A program made the translations under genes and the position numbers. DNA of 64,000 nt from Azolla caroliniana. Taxonomy: Eukaryota; Plantae; Polypodiophyta. This document shows, one piece after another, positions 12,501-24,965 of the stretch; position 1 is the stretch's first letter; every line of letters begins with the position of its first letter. The stretch is from assembly GCA_043228905.1 (NCBI GenBank), contig JBHGNT010000012.1, forward strand, positions 1,116,001 through 1,180,000. The letters run 5' to 3'. Under the pieces are notes generated by a model that was given only the letters and a program-made list of their open reading frames with translations, made no database searches and had not been told where the DNA came from.

Positions 12501-13532
12501 ATGACCGATCAAGGGTACCACAAGACGCAGGCCGATCACTGCGTGTTTGTGAAGAAGTTCGAAGGAGGCGACTTCCTGATACTCCTTCTATACGTGGATG
12601 ACATGTTGATTGTCGGACGGAACCAAGCCAAAATACGGATGCTGAAGAAGGCTCTCAACCGAACTTTCACAATGAAAGACTTGGGTCCGGCCAAAGAAGC
12701 AATTGTGGTTGTCACAGGAGAAGTACGTGACAAAGGTGCTTCAACGGTTCAACATGTCAGACGCGAAACTGGTCGGGTCGACACTTCCGGCAAACTGCAG
12801 ATTATCCGGTAAGCAAAGGCCGAAGACGAAAGCAGAGAAGGCGGATATGATGAAGGTGCCATATGCCTCTGCCGTCGGGAGCTTAATGTACGCAATAGTG
12901 TGTACTCGACCGGATATTGGATACACAGTCAGAGTGGTGAGTCGGTTTATGAGCAATCCTGACAAGGAGCACTGGAACGCGGTCAAATGGATACTCCGGT
13001 ACTTGAAGGGCACTTCGAATATGTGTCTCCGATTCGGCTCCGGTAAACCTCAACTTGATGGTTTTACCGATTCGGACATGTCGACTGATGTGGATACCAG
13101 CCGGTCTACATCCGGGTATGTAATGACATATGCAGGGGGAGTTGTTTCGTGGCAGTTGAGGCTGCAGAAGACGGTTGCGTTGTCAACCACGGAGGGGGAG
13201 TACATGGCGGCTGTGGAAGCCGCCAAGGAAATATTATGGATGAAGGACTTCATCGGAGAGCTCGGTATCCGGCAAGATGAATACCGTCTCTATTGCAACA
13301 CTCAAAGTGCCATTCACCTTGCTAAGAACGCAACGTACCATTCCAGGACGAAGCATATCCAACGAAGGTATCAGTAGATCCGGGAGCGAGTAGAAGATCG
13401 AGAGTTCGCGCTGACGAAGATCCACACGACCGAGAACGGGTCACAGATATGCTGACCAAAGTACTGATACCCGACAAGCTAGATGCGTGTCGGAAGCGGA
13501 TTGGACTAGTAAGACATCCCATGCCGGAGTGA
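9568..13532 (+). pseudogene. B2 gag-pol pseudogene (Gag, zinc knuckle, PR, INT, RT, RNase H)
   Basis: CFYCGKPGHFQKNC, WVIDSGASFH, LELVHTDVC, YKARIVVKGF, LLYVDDML, ALSTTEGEY and RTKHI motifs, with multiple stops and frameshifts. Confidence 0.92.
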
Positions 13533-15134
13533 AGGGGGAGTTTGTTAGGAAATAGGTCCCTCCGGATGGGAAGTGAGAATCGGATGTGGCGTACTCGGCA
13601 ACGGAAGACCCGGTGAGGACCGGATGTGGCGTACCCGGCAACGGAAGACCCGGTGAGAACCGGGTGTTGCAGGCCCGGTGAGAACCTCTCATCGGATGGA
13701 AGGGACATATATGTAAATATGTTCCAGAGAGCCCATTGGGGCTATATTTGTAAATAGCCCGAAAGTCATATCAGTATAAATATGACCTAGGGCAAAAATG
13801 ATGAGTGTTGTTGGTGTAACCTCTGTACAATGCGTAAGAGAGAGAGAGAGAGAGCGACATACAGAGAGTGTGTCTTTGTTGTAACTGCCGCGAGGTGAAA
13901 ATTGTGAGCAAGAGGTCGTTGCCTCTGTGCTCCCTATTGTATTACTTTACATAGTGATAGTTTGGAGTCTGTGGACTCCCGTGGTTTTTCCCTCTCAAGG
14001 TTTTCCACGTTAATATCCTGTGTATTCTCTTTTGTTTGTTCGTGCACTTACCTCCATTCCCATTTCTTCTGTGTTCGATTGTATCAAGTGATTTTCCCTT
14101 CGGTTGTTGCCGGCGATTATTCCGCGTATTTCACGACAAAGGAAAGGGAATGGAGGGCTCCAAACAAAGAGCCAGAGAGGAAGAAAGAACCAACAAAGGG
14201 GGAGACAAAGGGAAAAAGGAAGCCGAGTCGACGAAGGAAGTCGGCACATCCGAACAAGTAAGAACAAGCGGCAACGACGACATAGTCAACAAGGACAGAG
14301 CTGACCGAAAGGAGAAGGCCAAGGCCCGGACATGGTCTGATATGGTGAAGGGCCTGAAACCGGAAGAAGAGTTAGAGAACACCAACTCGGACAAGAGCTG
14401 GAACGAATCGGGAGCGACCGATTCAGACAAGAGCTGGAACGAATCAAAGGAAACTAATTTGGAGAAGCCGGATCAACTAAAGGCCAAACAGACACGGAGC
14501 TGCGGAAGTCGACACTAACACGAAGGAACCGATGGGCCAACAAGTGCCGGAGTCGCAGTAGTGAGGGAGCTGAAATGGGCCTGTTGAGCAGACAAGCCGA
14601 TCGAGGAGGTCGAGGTGCGCAGAACCAGAAGGGTCGTGGCAAACAAGACCGGACCGGACGAGGAACGCGAGCGAGGCAGAGCAACGCCAGAAGGAGCTGG
14701 TTAGAAGAACCGGCTACCGCAGACACTAACACCACGATCCGACCTCAAGTTGAGCTTGAGGGGGAGTGTTGAGCGAGCAAGCTGAATCAGATCCGGATCG
14801 TATCTGGATGATATCCGGAAACAACCAGCCGGATCGGAGAGCCGGATTCGAGCGGGAACCAAAAGCCAAGAAGTAGCCTAGACTACTAGGTAATCATTGT
14901 CTCTTAGTTAGTGTCAGTTGCACGTAGGAATATTTAAGTACCTGTCAGTCCTTTATGGACTTGTATAAATAGTGTTGTTTAGCACGTTGTATGTACAGAG
15001 TTGGAGAGTTATTTTGAAAAATGTTTTATGTTCTACTCTCTCTGTGTATTAAAATTTTCCATTAAACCTCTTATTCTTTGTTGCTATCCGGCTGAGCCGG
15101 TTCTATCTAACGCTTCCACACATTTACATTCACA

Positions 15135-17875
15135 AGACTCCTCTACAACCGATAGAAAAGCAAGCGATCAAGATAGAGTCAAGTTTTCTCGTTTTCGGAA
15201 AAGATACGACAGAAATATGGACAGAGGAATGGGAAGTTTGCTTCTGATTGAAAAGCTTGATAGGAGCGACTACACATCTTGGTCGTTCAAGATGCACCAA
15301 TGCCTGCTTAGCCATGGTTACTGGATTTATGTCAAAGGAGCTAATGATGCAGCGCCCGAATTGACACAAAGAGAGTTCCTAGCCTCGGAACAGGTGGCAA
15401 GCAGAGTTCTCTACTGTTTTGTGTCCTATGTGAGCAATCATCTCTTGAGCTACATTCAGGATGCCAAGACGCCAAATGACGCGTGGGTGAATCTCAAACG
15501 GATATTCGTCGCTAGCACAACCGCCAGGAAGCTGCAACTTAGACAGGAGCTAAGAAATGTCCGACAGAAAGATCTGTCTGTGGCCGATTATACAGCCCGA
15601 ATCAAGGAGATTTGCGACTCTCTTGCCTCCGTCAACGTGAACGTCGAGGAGGATGAAATGGTGCCAGTTTGTCTTGGTGGGTTAGTGTCAAAGTTCGACG
15701 CATTTCGAATGGCAGTCTGCACGAGGGAGAATACGACGTCGTTTTTCGAGCTTCAGTCGATGTTGCTCGTAAAAGAAAACCATGCAGGTGCATCCACGAG
15801 TACGTACACCGACAAGAAAATGTTGTATACGGAGGCAGAGAGGCCCCGTGGTCGTGGTGGACGAGGCCGGTCGGCACGCAATTGAGGTGGCAAACAAGAG
15901 TAGAATTTACGGCATAATCAAAATGTCGACAGCAGTTTCGGACACTCCAGAAATAGGGGGACCCAAGGCGGCGTCGGGAGCCGGCAAGGGAAAGCCACAC
16001 TGGACTGCTGGTATTGTGGTAAGAAGGGCCACAGAGAGAGCGAGTGCTGGAAGAAACGAGCCGATTCAGACAACGCTAGATCGAGCTGAGGAGACGCAGA
16101 TAGGCGTCACAGATCGCACCCCTCCTTCGTCATGAAGCACAAAGCCAACTCGATAGCAGTGAATACCTTGAGCTCGAACGAGGTATGGTATGTGGATTCG
16201 GGAGCATCGAACCACATTCAACGAATCACAAGTAGTGGTTCTCGACTATGGAAAAGCCGGAGCAGCCGAGGGTTGTCGAAATTGGTGATGACACCCCGCA
16301 CCCCATTGAACACATTGGAGATGTCCCTCTTAAGTCATGTCGGCCAGAAGGGAATCATGAGAAATGTCTTGCATGTGCCAACAATCACCAAAAATTGGGT
16401 GTCAGTCGGACAAATAGTCGACCAAGGCATGCAAGTTCGATTTACTCATCTCGGGTGCTTCATAGAAGTGGAAGGCAAGATAATCGCGCAAGGGCGTCGA
16501 GAAGGGAGGGTGTTCATCCTCGAGACCAATGATGTAGGCACCCCTATGTTTGCAAAAGGGGAAAAGGTCGAATTGGATATTGACCTATGACACAAGCGGT
16601 TCAGCCACATCAACTTCCCACGGCTTCGAGAGATGCAGACGAAAAACATTGTTTTCTGCTTGCTGAAATTCAGTGGCCGAAAGGGCCAAGTCTGCGAAGC
16701 TTGCCAATTAGGGAAGCATCACCGACTTCCATTCCCAAATGAAAGAAATCGGAGCCAAAACAAGCTCGATTTAATCCATTCGTATGTATGGGGATTGACA
16801 CAGAACGTGAGTGTCGGTGGGAGCCGATACTTCGTCACTTTCATCGACAATTTCACTCGGCATACATGGCCATGCATGATAGAGAAGAAAAGCGAAGTCT
16901 TCTCTTGTTTCTTGAAGGTGAAGAACCTTGCCAAACGGGAGATAGGCCAAAAAATCAAATGTCTCAGGACCAATGGTGGAAAGGAGTACTTCTCCCACCA
17001 GTTCTGGAGTTATCTGCAAAAGGAAGGAATTCGACGCGAATTCTCCTACAGATACACGCTGCAATAGAACCGTGTGGCCGAGCAGCAGAATTAGACGATC
17101 GAAGAAGCGGCCAGGGCAATGCTCGAAGAGAAGCATATGTTGAAATTATATTGGGCCGAAGCCATGAAGATGACTGTTTCGTTGCAAAATCGGACTTCTG
17201 CAAATGGAGAAGTGTCGCCACATTAGTCGTACTTCGGGATAAAGACGAACTTGGCACACTTAAGGGTTTTTGGTAGCATAGCGTACGTACACGTGCCGAA
17301 GGAGAAATGAAGGAAGTTAAACACAAAAGCCAAAAAGGGTATCCTGGTCGGCTACTCAGATGAACAGAAAGGTTATAAATCTTATAACCCCCGAATGAAA
17401 GAGGTCTGAGTGAGCTGAGATGTCATGTTTAACGAGTCGGCTCTGTGGTACTTGCCTTCATCACCTACCCCCATGCACTCCATTCCGAATTCCGACGATG
17501 AAACCAGTGAGGCCAAGTTGCCTCTGCATAGTGAAGAGATCGGAGCTCTGAGAGACAGTCCGATCTCATTTCGGTTAAGTGGGCCGAATGAGGGGCTGAG
17601 TCGATTGAAGGGCCGACGAGTAGTGAAGACTCGGTCGTGTTGTACCCACGCAAGGAGAAGGGAGAGAAGAAGATGCACAACAACGATACCAGCCGTGCCA
17701 AGTGACATCGTAGTGAATCTAACTCCAAACTAGTCCAAAAGGAACCTTTGAGGAAGAGGTCGAAAACGGCCGATAAGGCCGTGAAATCGACGAATCAAGA
17801 ATTACACTGATCCACCCGCCTGAAGAACCCCGTAAAGAGATACAAGTATAATGAATATATGGCGCATCATTACGC
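15135..17875 (+). pseudogene. Element B3: decayed Ty1/copia gag-PR-integrase; the rest is not present in the window
   Basis: KLDRSDYTSWSFKM, CWYCGKKGHRESEC, WYVDSGASNH, CEACQLGK and YFVTFIDNFTR motifs. Ends at ...HHY|ACGC where the nested stack begins. No PBS seen. Confidence 0.85.
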
Positions 17876-20396
17876 TGTCGCGTTGTTGTGAAGAAAACCG
17901 GCCAGAAGCGGAATCGGCGAAGCAGGGCGCATGAACCGGGCCTACACTTTTCCATACCAATTAATACCTTGTACATAACTAGGAGTAGGATGGTGGGAGC
18001 AAAGAGACTAGATGTGACGCATTGAATGTATTGGAAATCGAAGAGTATCTCTGTCCGAAAGGATAGAGAATAAATTGATGGAAACGAGGGTGCAACGGCC
18101 TGCCTCGACGGCCTATAAAAGGGAAGGAAGAAGGGGATGAAGGTATCGTGTGTTGGGGAGCGAGGAGGAAGTGTTGTCGGACGGGGACCGAGCTCTCTCC
18201 TCCATCGTTCGTCATTCTCTGCAGGATTTTGGACTGAGTTGCCTCTGCTTCGTGGACAGCCCGTGTGCTTCCGGCAGAGGCTCCACAGTGCAGTAGGGGC
18301 TGTGTGTGTGCGTGAGCATCGTGTGTGTATGTTCGCCTGAGTTGGGTCCGTTGCCGGCTTGCCGGTTGTAATTGTTATTGATTTTGTAATTAAGACTTTG
18401 TTCTCTCTTTCTCCCTCTGTGTTTTTGCAAGCTACTCTCTCTCTCTCCCTCTCTCTTCTTTCTCACGCTCCTTGGTTCAAGGCCCCTGCGGTCCCGCCTC
18501 TTTCCACACGCGAAGATTGTAACAACTCGACATATTTGGTGAAATAGGCGGCAAAGGAGTGAAGGATGAGGGGATCCGAGCTTGCTGAAGCTATGGCCGT
18601 AGCCGTTGACCGGCTAGTGAGCGCTTGCGAGGGAACGAGTGCCCTCGACAGGGCCATTGCGTCGATCGTCGGCACCATAGGTCGATTCGGTGGGAAGAAT
18701 GCCATGAGGTACCTGGAGGCCTACCGGGCCGAAATGATCATGAGGGATATCTCGGTGGACAGGTGGTTGTCCGGATTCCCTCGGGTGGTGACGCCGAGCA
18801 TCCACGTAAGGTGCTCGAGGTGCTGGCCGGATGCCAGACTTGGGAGGAGTTCGAGCTATGGCTCCTCGAGATGTATGGGTTCGATGACTCGCTTCGGCTG
18901 TCGAAATGAGACTTCATGGCGTGGGTTGAGAGCCCTGGGAAGGGGAGGAATGCGTCGGCGCTGCTCCAGGAGTTCGAGAAATGGTTTGCACAGTTGTCAA
19001 CGTTGGACTGGACCGTGCTCGACACAAGCCAGGTACTACTAATTGTCAAGGCGGTGGACGCCATGGACCGGGAGAAGGTGGGTCTCTTGTTGGAAACGGA
19101 TGAAGGGCTCACGGCAGACTGGGCCATGGTAAGGAGGGTCTGCGGTCGTTTCGACAAGCGGCGTGAGTGGAGCGATGAGGGCTCGTCGGCGGCAAGGCCG
19201 GTTCCAGCGAGGGAGCTCGAGGAGCTGGTGTCGGTACCAGCTAGGAAGGAAGAAACTCGGAGTTGGCTTGAGACGGGCTCAACCCCGAGTGGAGTGGTCA
19301 AAGGTCCCTCCGGAGGCGCGACTCTAGAAGAGCTGTCGCAGATGGTGCGAGATCTCCAAATCGCATAGGCTCGGAGGGACAACGGCAAACAGTCTCGTGA
19401 CCGAAGGCCGTCGGCGGGTCAGTGGTGCATGTGGTGCGATGCGATCGGGCACATCTGGAAAGAGTGCGCGGATTTCGCCGAGGCACTCAGGACCAACGTG
19501 TGGTACCTCTGGAATGGGCAGGTGCACGCGAGCGAGACCCGGAAAGCCCTGGAGTTGAATACGGGGCGTGGCGGAATGAAGCGGTTGATGGAAGAGGCCG
19601 CGACACGACATGCAGAGGCCGTTAACTACTCGGCGTCGGTAGGAATCCGGGTCGGGGTTGATGAGGCCCGGAAAATGAAGGGTTCCGGATTCTGGCCGCT
19701 GGTGCTAGAGGGTCTCTCCAGAGTACGACTGAAGAAGGAAGAGGTAGCGTGGAACAACGGATCCGGGAGGTCACCAGATGGGACGACCCGGTGGAAGAAA
19801 AGACTGGCTTCGTGGCGACCACATGCCAGAACTACGAGGTTCTGGTAGAAGACAAGCGTGCAGGAAAGGTCGGAGGGGCCGGCCCCTCACAACGGTATGA
19901 GACCTGGTTCGGACTGAAGCCGAATGAGGCCGCCAACGTCGGCGCACCGGAGAAGAAGAAGCAGGCCGGTTTCCGGCTGAGCACCGAAATCGAACAAACA
20001 ACGGACCTACGGAAGGTCCTGGAAGAGAGAATTCTCGATAGCAAGGTCAAGCTGTCATTATGAGAGGTGTTGGGAATTGCCAAGAAGGAGTTCCACGACT
20101 CCATCATGGACTTGGTGAAGCGGAAGAGGCTCCTGACGGAGCCGGAACCGGAGAGGCCGGTGGAAGTGCGGACGATGCACTTAGAAGACATGGTCCTAGA
20201 GGATGAGTTGGCGGAAAGCCACTACGTGAAGCCGCATTGGGCTAGGGCCGCTACGGAAACCCCTGTTCGGATCGGCGACATCCAGGAGCCGGTGGTGGCA
20301 TTGGTAGACCACGGTTCAGAGATCAACATGATGTCTATGGACTTCTATAAAAAGGGGAAATGGCCGATCAACACCAAGCACGGGTAGAAGATACGC

Positions 20397-21123
20397 TGTC
20401 GCGTTGTTATGCGCGTGCGTGTAGAAGGGCAGGACCACGGGGGTCTTGGACTAGGGAGTGGAGGAGAAAGATTAGCTCAAGAGGAGAAGAGAACGAATAT
20501 GACATTATGATAGAAGAAGAAGAAGATGCAATCAAGATACTCAACAAGAAGTTCTATTAAGAAATGAATGATTACAACAAATGGTGGCCGCCATGGCCGC
20601 ACCAAACGACTATATGAAAAACCCTAAAGGAAAACCCAAGAAGAAAACCCTAACCGAAACCCTAACCCTAAAACGAAATGGGAAGAAGGAGAACCCTCGA
20701 CTAAGTGGTATACCTTACTCACACAAAATAGGCAACCCTCACAATGGTGCCTTCCCTCTCCTTTTATAGCACAAGGAGGGAAGACCGTTTACAAAAACGA
20801 GACTAAAATATCCCCTTCATTCAAAAGGGGATATTTGCCTTGATTTGGGGAGGGTGAGATTGATGGCCCCTTAACTCCCACCTCCTCACAAACAACTAGG
20901 TACCTATGTATCGCATAGTACCTCTCTCTCTCTCCCTCTCTCGTGGATGTGTGCACAAGACCACATCGCCTTTATACCTTAGGGATCTTATGGGGCATTT
21001 CTAGCACCATATCCTTTTCCCCTATTGTTATTATTAATACATTATGTACGTGTGCAACGTTGCACATCGCTCTTTGGCTCTTGTTGCTCGGGTTTCCGCT
21101 TGTGGACGAAAATCTTCACGACA
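20397..21123 (-). mobile_element. S2: solo LTR (727 bp), same family as the F LTR
   Basis: TGTCGCG...CACGACA ends, TSD ACGC. Reverse complement matches 31849-32571. Removing it restores E protease KIRAVTR. Confidence 0.92.
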
Positions 21124-22390
21124 ACGCGCAGTGACGCGTGCTACAGAGGAGCTGCATGGTGCGTGCCCGAACGTACGCGTGAAGATCGACGACGTCGAGA
21201 TAGATCAACATTTCTTCGTGTAGGAGACTTCCTCGCACTCGGTAATTCTCGGCGAACTGTACATTACTGCAGCACGCATGGAGACGAAAGTACTGAACAA
21301 CGGTTTGGCCTATGCGCGCGTCAAGAGCCAAGATGGTCGGCATTCCGTCCAATTCATGAAAGTGCGACCCAGCCACGAGACCCTTGGCAGCGACAACCGA
21401 GGGGATTTTTATAGAGGGCTATCACAGTGTGGGGCCGCGATAGTCCGGACACTCCAGAAGAACCCCACACATGTATTAGAGGTAAGAAATTTTGGCTCTC
21501 CGAAAACGGAGGTTGTACATTAACTGGCATTAGTAGCCAGAAGAGGAAGCGGGTGGAGAGACGACTTAGGGTGTGTGGAGTCCTCTCCCCCGACGAAGAA
21601 ATTAGTGGCGCCATGGAGGCGGTCTCTTTTGACGACACCTTGGGCGAAATACGAAAGGTGGTCGGTGAGGGCCTTAGCGAAGACCGGACCGTTCCAGTTA
21701 GCTCGATGGGAATGTACGAAGTCATTGCGGACTTCGGGGAGAGGATCGGGTTGGATCGAACGGCCCGCATAGACACGAAGTATAAAACTGTGGACCAGAA
21801 GGTGAGGCCAGTTGCGGCGTCCTTGCCGGAGGGCAACGAGTTATGGATAAAGGGGGTCGCGTCGGACCCAAGTTTACGAGATCCGGCCAGCATCGGACAC
21901 ACGTTCACCGACATAACGCTACGGTGTCGTGAAAAATTTCAGCCAGAGGCGAAAACCGGGAAACATTGGCTACATCGCCGGGGTGCAGCGTGTGTACGCA
22001 CCCATGTACATTTAATGTGAATTACGAGGGCGCCTTTATGGCGCCGAAGAGTAGTCAAGTCGGGACAGACGGTCCCATGTAAGTCGGGGTTTATCCCACA
22101 TTGTAACGCATCCCTGTCCTTGTTCTATAAAAGGAAGGGAACGCCCTTTGTGAAGGGGTTGCCCATTTTGCATTAGAGGGTATACCGTTAGGTTTAGAGT
22201 TAGTTTCTTCTTCTTCTTCTTCTTCTTCTTCTTCCCCCCCCTTCGTGTTCGCTTAGGGTTTGCTTCAGCTCATCTCCTGCGCAAGACCCCGCTTGGCGCG
22301 ACGAGCCCGTGAGCTCCCTGACCGGCGGCTTGGTAGCTGACGACTACTGTAACCTACCTCGGTCTGGCTCGACGCCGGGAATGTATTATT

Positions 22391-22432
<42 letters not shown>

Positions 22433-22763
22433 TGCGTTTGTCTGTGTATATTCGCGTCTTCGTTGGTGTCGGGTGCTTCCCCTTTCCTGCATTTCTTGTA
22501 CTTAAGGGTGTGAGTCGGGTTGGTGTGTGTGTGTGTGTGTGAGTGTGTGTGCGTGAGTCGGTGTTAAGTGCTCTCTCTCTCTCTCTCTCTCTCTCTTCGG
22601 TTGCTTCTGGTGTGCTTCTGGGATGCCCCGGAAACGGTGAAGCACGACTTCCTACGCTCCATCACTCCCTAGTCCAAGACCCCCGTGGTCCCGCCTTTCT
22701 CCACGCACGCGCGTAACAACGCGACATATTTGGTGAACCCGACGTGAAAGGCGGCAAGGGAGG

Positions 22764-24065
22764 ATGGAGTCGGAAGACGACGACCTTGCGGACATGGTGG
22801 CCGAAGTGGTGTTGGAGTCGGCACGAGTGGTGATGAGGCGAGAAGCAGCGCAACAAGCGGTTGAGCGAGTGGTCGAAAGAGTCGGCCGTTTCAACGGGGA
22901 CAAAGTCCCATCTTACTTGGAAGCCTACAACGCGGAAATGGAGGAGCGTGGCGTAGACGAGGCGTTAAGGCTGCAGTTCTTCTGTCGGGTCGTGGCTGTC
23001 CGGATGCATGCGGAAATAAAGGAGCTCCGTGGGGATCATAGTTCGTGGGAGGCCTTCGAAGAGGCGCTCCTGAAGGCATACGGAGGACGGCGGAAGAACC
23101 GGGGACGGCACGACTTTGACCAATGGGTAGCATCGGCAAAGACCCACCGGGGTGCGGCCAAGGCGTTTCGAGAGTTCGAGCGGCGGCTTGCTCGGCTCCC
23201 GGAGTGGGAACAAGGTTTGGTGGGGGCGGACAAGGTCCTATTGTTCGTCAGGTCGATTGACCGAGCGGAACGGGAGGCCATCGGGATTGAGCACGAAGAC
23301 GATGATGGAGCGAATGGGCTTACAAAGGACCGGTCGAAGGTCGGAAGGGTGTGCCAACGGCTAGACAACGAGGGAGCCGAGAAGGCCAAGAGGAAGGTAC
23401 GCGACGGCGTGCCATCACAACGGGAAGAGGCCGAACGGCAAAGAGAGTCGGCAAGGGTCGGCGTTGGAGCCAGGATTGCGGAGGTGTACGCAGCTCTCGA
23501 GGCGATGCTCGAGGAAGAGGAAAGACGGAGGCCGCAAGCTGAGACTGAGGAGACGGACTTGCCGCACGCGACGGCGGAAGATCGGTACAACGGTACCACG
23601 GGAGAGGGTGTGGAACGAAACGCCCTCTCGACTTGCGGAGATAGAACGGCCAAGGACGAGGCCGAGATACAGATCGCGGAACTGGAACATTGGGACCAAC
23701 GGTTTCGGGCGTGTCAGCCCGAGATCTCGGTCATTGAAGAAGCAAGCCCAGACGGGGCTTGCACGATCGGTAAGAAGACGACCGCCGACCACGAAGAGTC
23801 GGTGGCTACGGACAAGGGCGTAAAATGGACGGGCGATTCTTTGTGTCTTCCCACACTTGCTCCCGAGATGATGGCAGTCGGGCCCGAGTGCCCACGTGAG
23901 TCCCAAGTGGAGGAAGGCGGCGGCGAAAGGCCAAGAATCACCGGCGAGACAATACGGGGAAGGAACGGACGAAAGCCCACGGACCCGATTCCGGAGATCT
24001 TGGCATTCGGGCCCGTATGCCCATGTAAGACCAGGGAGATGGATGGCGGTACCGAGGAGTCCTAA
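22764..24065 (+). CDS. Gag-like protein of D (433 aa; capsid-like N-terminal half, low-complexity C-terminal half, no zinc knuckle)
   Basis: VGRFNGDKVPSYLEAYNAEM and DKVLLFVRSID align with A and E Gag (FNGKDVSQYLQDYKAEM, DKVIMFLRAVD). Confidence 0.8.
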   Translation: MESEDDDLADMVAEVVLESARVVMRREAAQQAVERVVERVGRFNGDKVPSYLEAYNAEMEERGVDEALRLQFFCRVVAVRMHAEIKELRGDHSSWEAFEEALLKAYGGRRKNRGRHDFDQWVASAKTHRGAAKAFREFERRLARLPEWEQGLVGADKVLLFVRSIDRAEREAIGIEHEDDDGANGLTKDRSKVGRVCQRLDNEGAEKAKRKVRDGVPSQREEAERQRESARVGVGARIAEVYAALEAMLEEEERRRPQAETEETDLPHATAEDRYNGTTGEGVERNALSTCGDRTAKDEAEIQIAELEHWDQRFRACQPEISVIEEASPDGACTIGKKTTADHEESVATDKGVKWTGDSLCLPTLAPEMMAVGPECPRESQVEEGGGERPRITGETIRGRNGRKPTDPIPEILAFGPVCPCKTREMDGGTEES

Positions 24066-24590
24066 CAGGATGCCAGCGAAGATGGATGGGAAACGGCCTG
24101 TGAAGAGGCCGAGGACGGACGCGACACGAGGAGATCAGCATTCCGATACGGGTGGAGTGTGATCCGGTCGTGGATCGTTCGATCGGGGCCGGATTCGGCA
24201 TGAAAGTGCCGATACGGAAGGGGGTGCGGGACGAGCCGCCCTCTTTTACATGGGGAGAAAGACCGATCGGGCGAAGGTCGAGAGTTGGAAGGAGAATGAA
24301 AGCCGGTCCTATGGAGTTCCTTACATCGATCCGGCTGCCGGCCCGAGTGCCGGCGTGAGTCCTATAAGAGAGATCGGTGGCGACAGGAGAATGAGACTCG
24401 ACAATCCGGAGAAGGACGAACGGACCCGGACGAGAACCGGGCGGAGCGGACTCCCGAATGACCATTCCGGGAGGGAGGAAGAGAGCAGGCCTACGGAGAG
24501 GCCGAGGAGATGGTACACCGGTACCACGGGAGAGGGTGCGTAGTAAACCGCCCTCTCGGCATGCGGAAAAGGACGACCCGGGACAGGGTC

Positions 24591-24965
24591 GGGCTACGGA
24601 TGGGCGGTCTAAGGAGGATCCTTCACACCGGTTCTAGAGACTTCGGCAGTCGGCAACGCGGTCGATGTAAGACCAAGATACTGACGGTGGCGGCGAGGTG
24701 ACGAAGGCAAGGGCTACGGATGGGCGGTCTAAGGAGGATCCTTCACACCGGTTCTAGAGACTTCGGTAGTCGGCAACGTGGTCGACGTAAGACCAAGATA
24801 CAGATGGTGGCGGCGAGGTGACGAAGGCAAGGGCTACGGATGGGCGGTCTAAGGAGGATCCTTCACACCGGTTCTAGAGACTTCGGCAATCGGCAACGCG
24901 GTCGACGTAAGACCAAGATACTGACGGTGGCGGCAAGGTGACGAAGGCAAGGGCTACGGATGGGC
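24591..24965 (+). repeat. 120-bp tandem repeat (3 copies plus a partial) inside D
   Basis: Units begin GGGCTACGGATGGGC at 24591, 24711, 24831 and 24951. Confidence 0.92.

Larger units (their letters stand above)
8865..14138 (+). mobile_element. Element B2: full-length but mutated Ty1/copia (Tnt1/Tork-like)
   Basis: LTRs 8865-9536 and 13543-14138, TSD AAGGA, tRNA-iMet PBS TGGTATCAGAGC at 9540-9551, PPT at ~13526-13542. Confidence 0.95.
6730..15134 (+). mobile_element. Element B1: decayed Ty1/copia 3' half (RT-RNase H, C-terminal extension, PPT, 3' LTR from 14767), interrupted by S1 and B2
   Basis: VKNAFLQGDLEE, LKKSLYGMKQAPRAW, LLYIDDL and TRPDL motifs at 6733-7812. The frame rejoins across both nested inserts. 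PPT GAGGGGGAG precedes TGTTGAGCGAGC at 14767. LTR right end approximate. Confidence 0.85.

Noticed and set aside
14767-15220. B1 and B3 as a tandem sharing one LTR
   Set aside because: No PBS follows the LTR. Insertion of B1 into the B3 leader is simpler, but the left TSD is outside the window.
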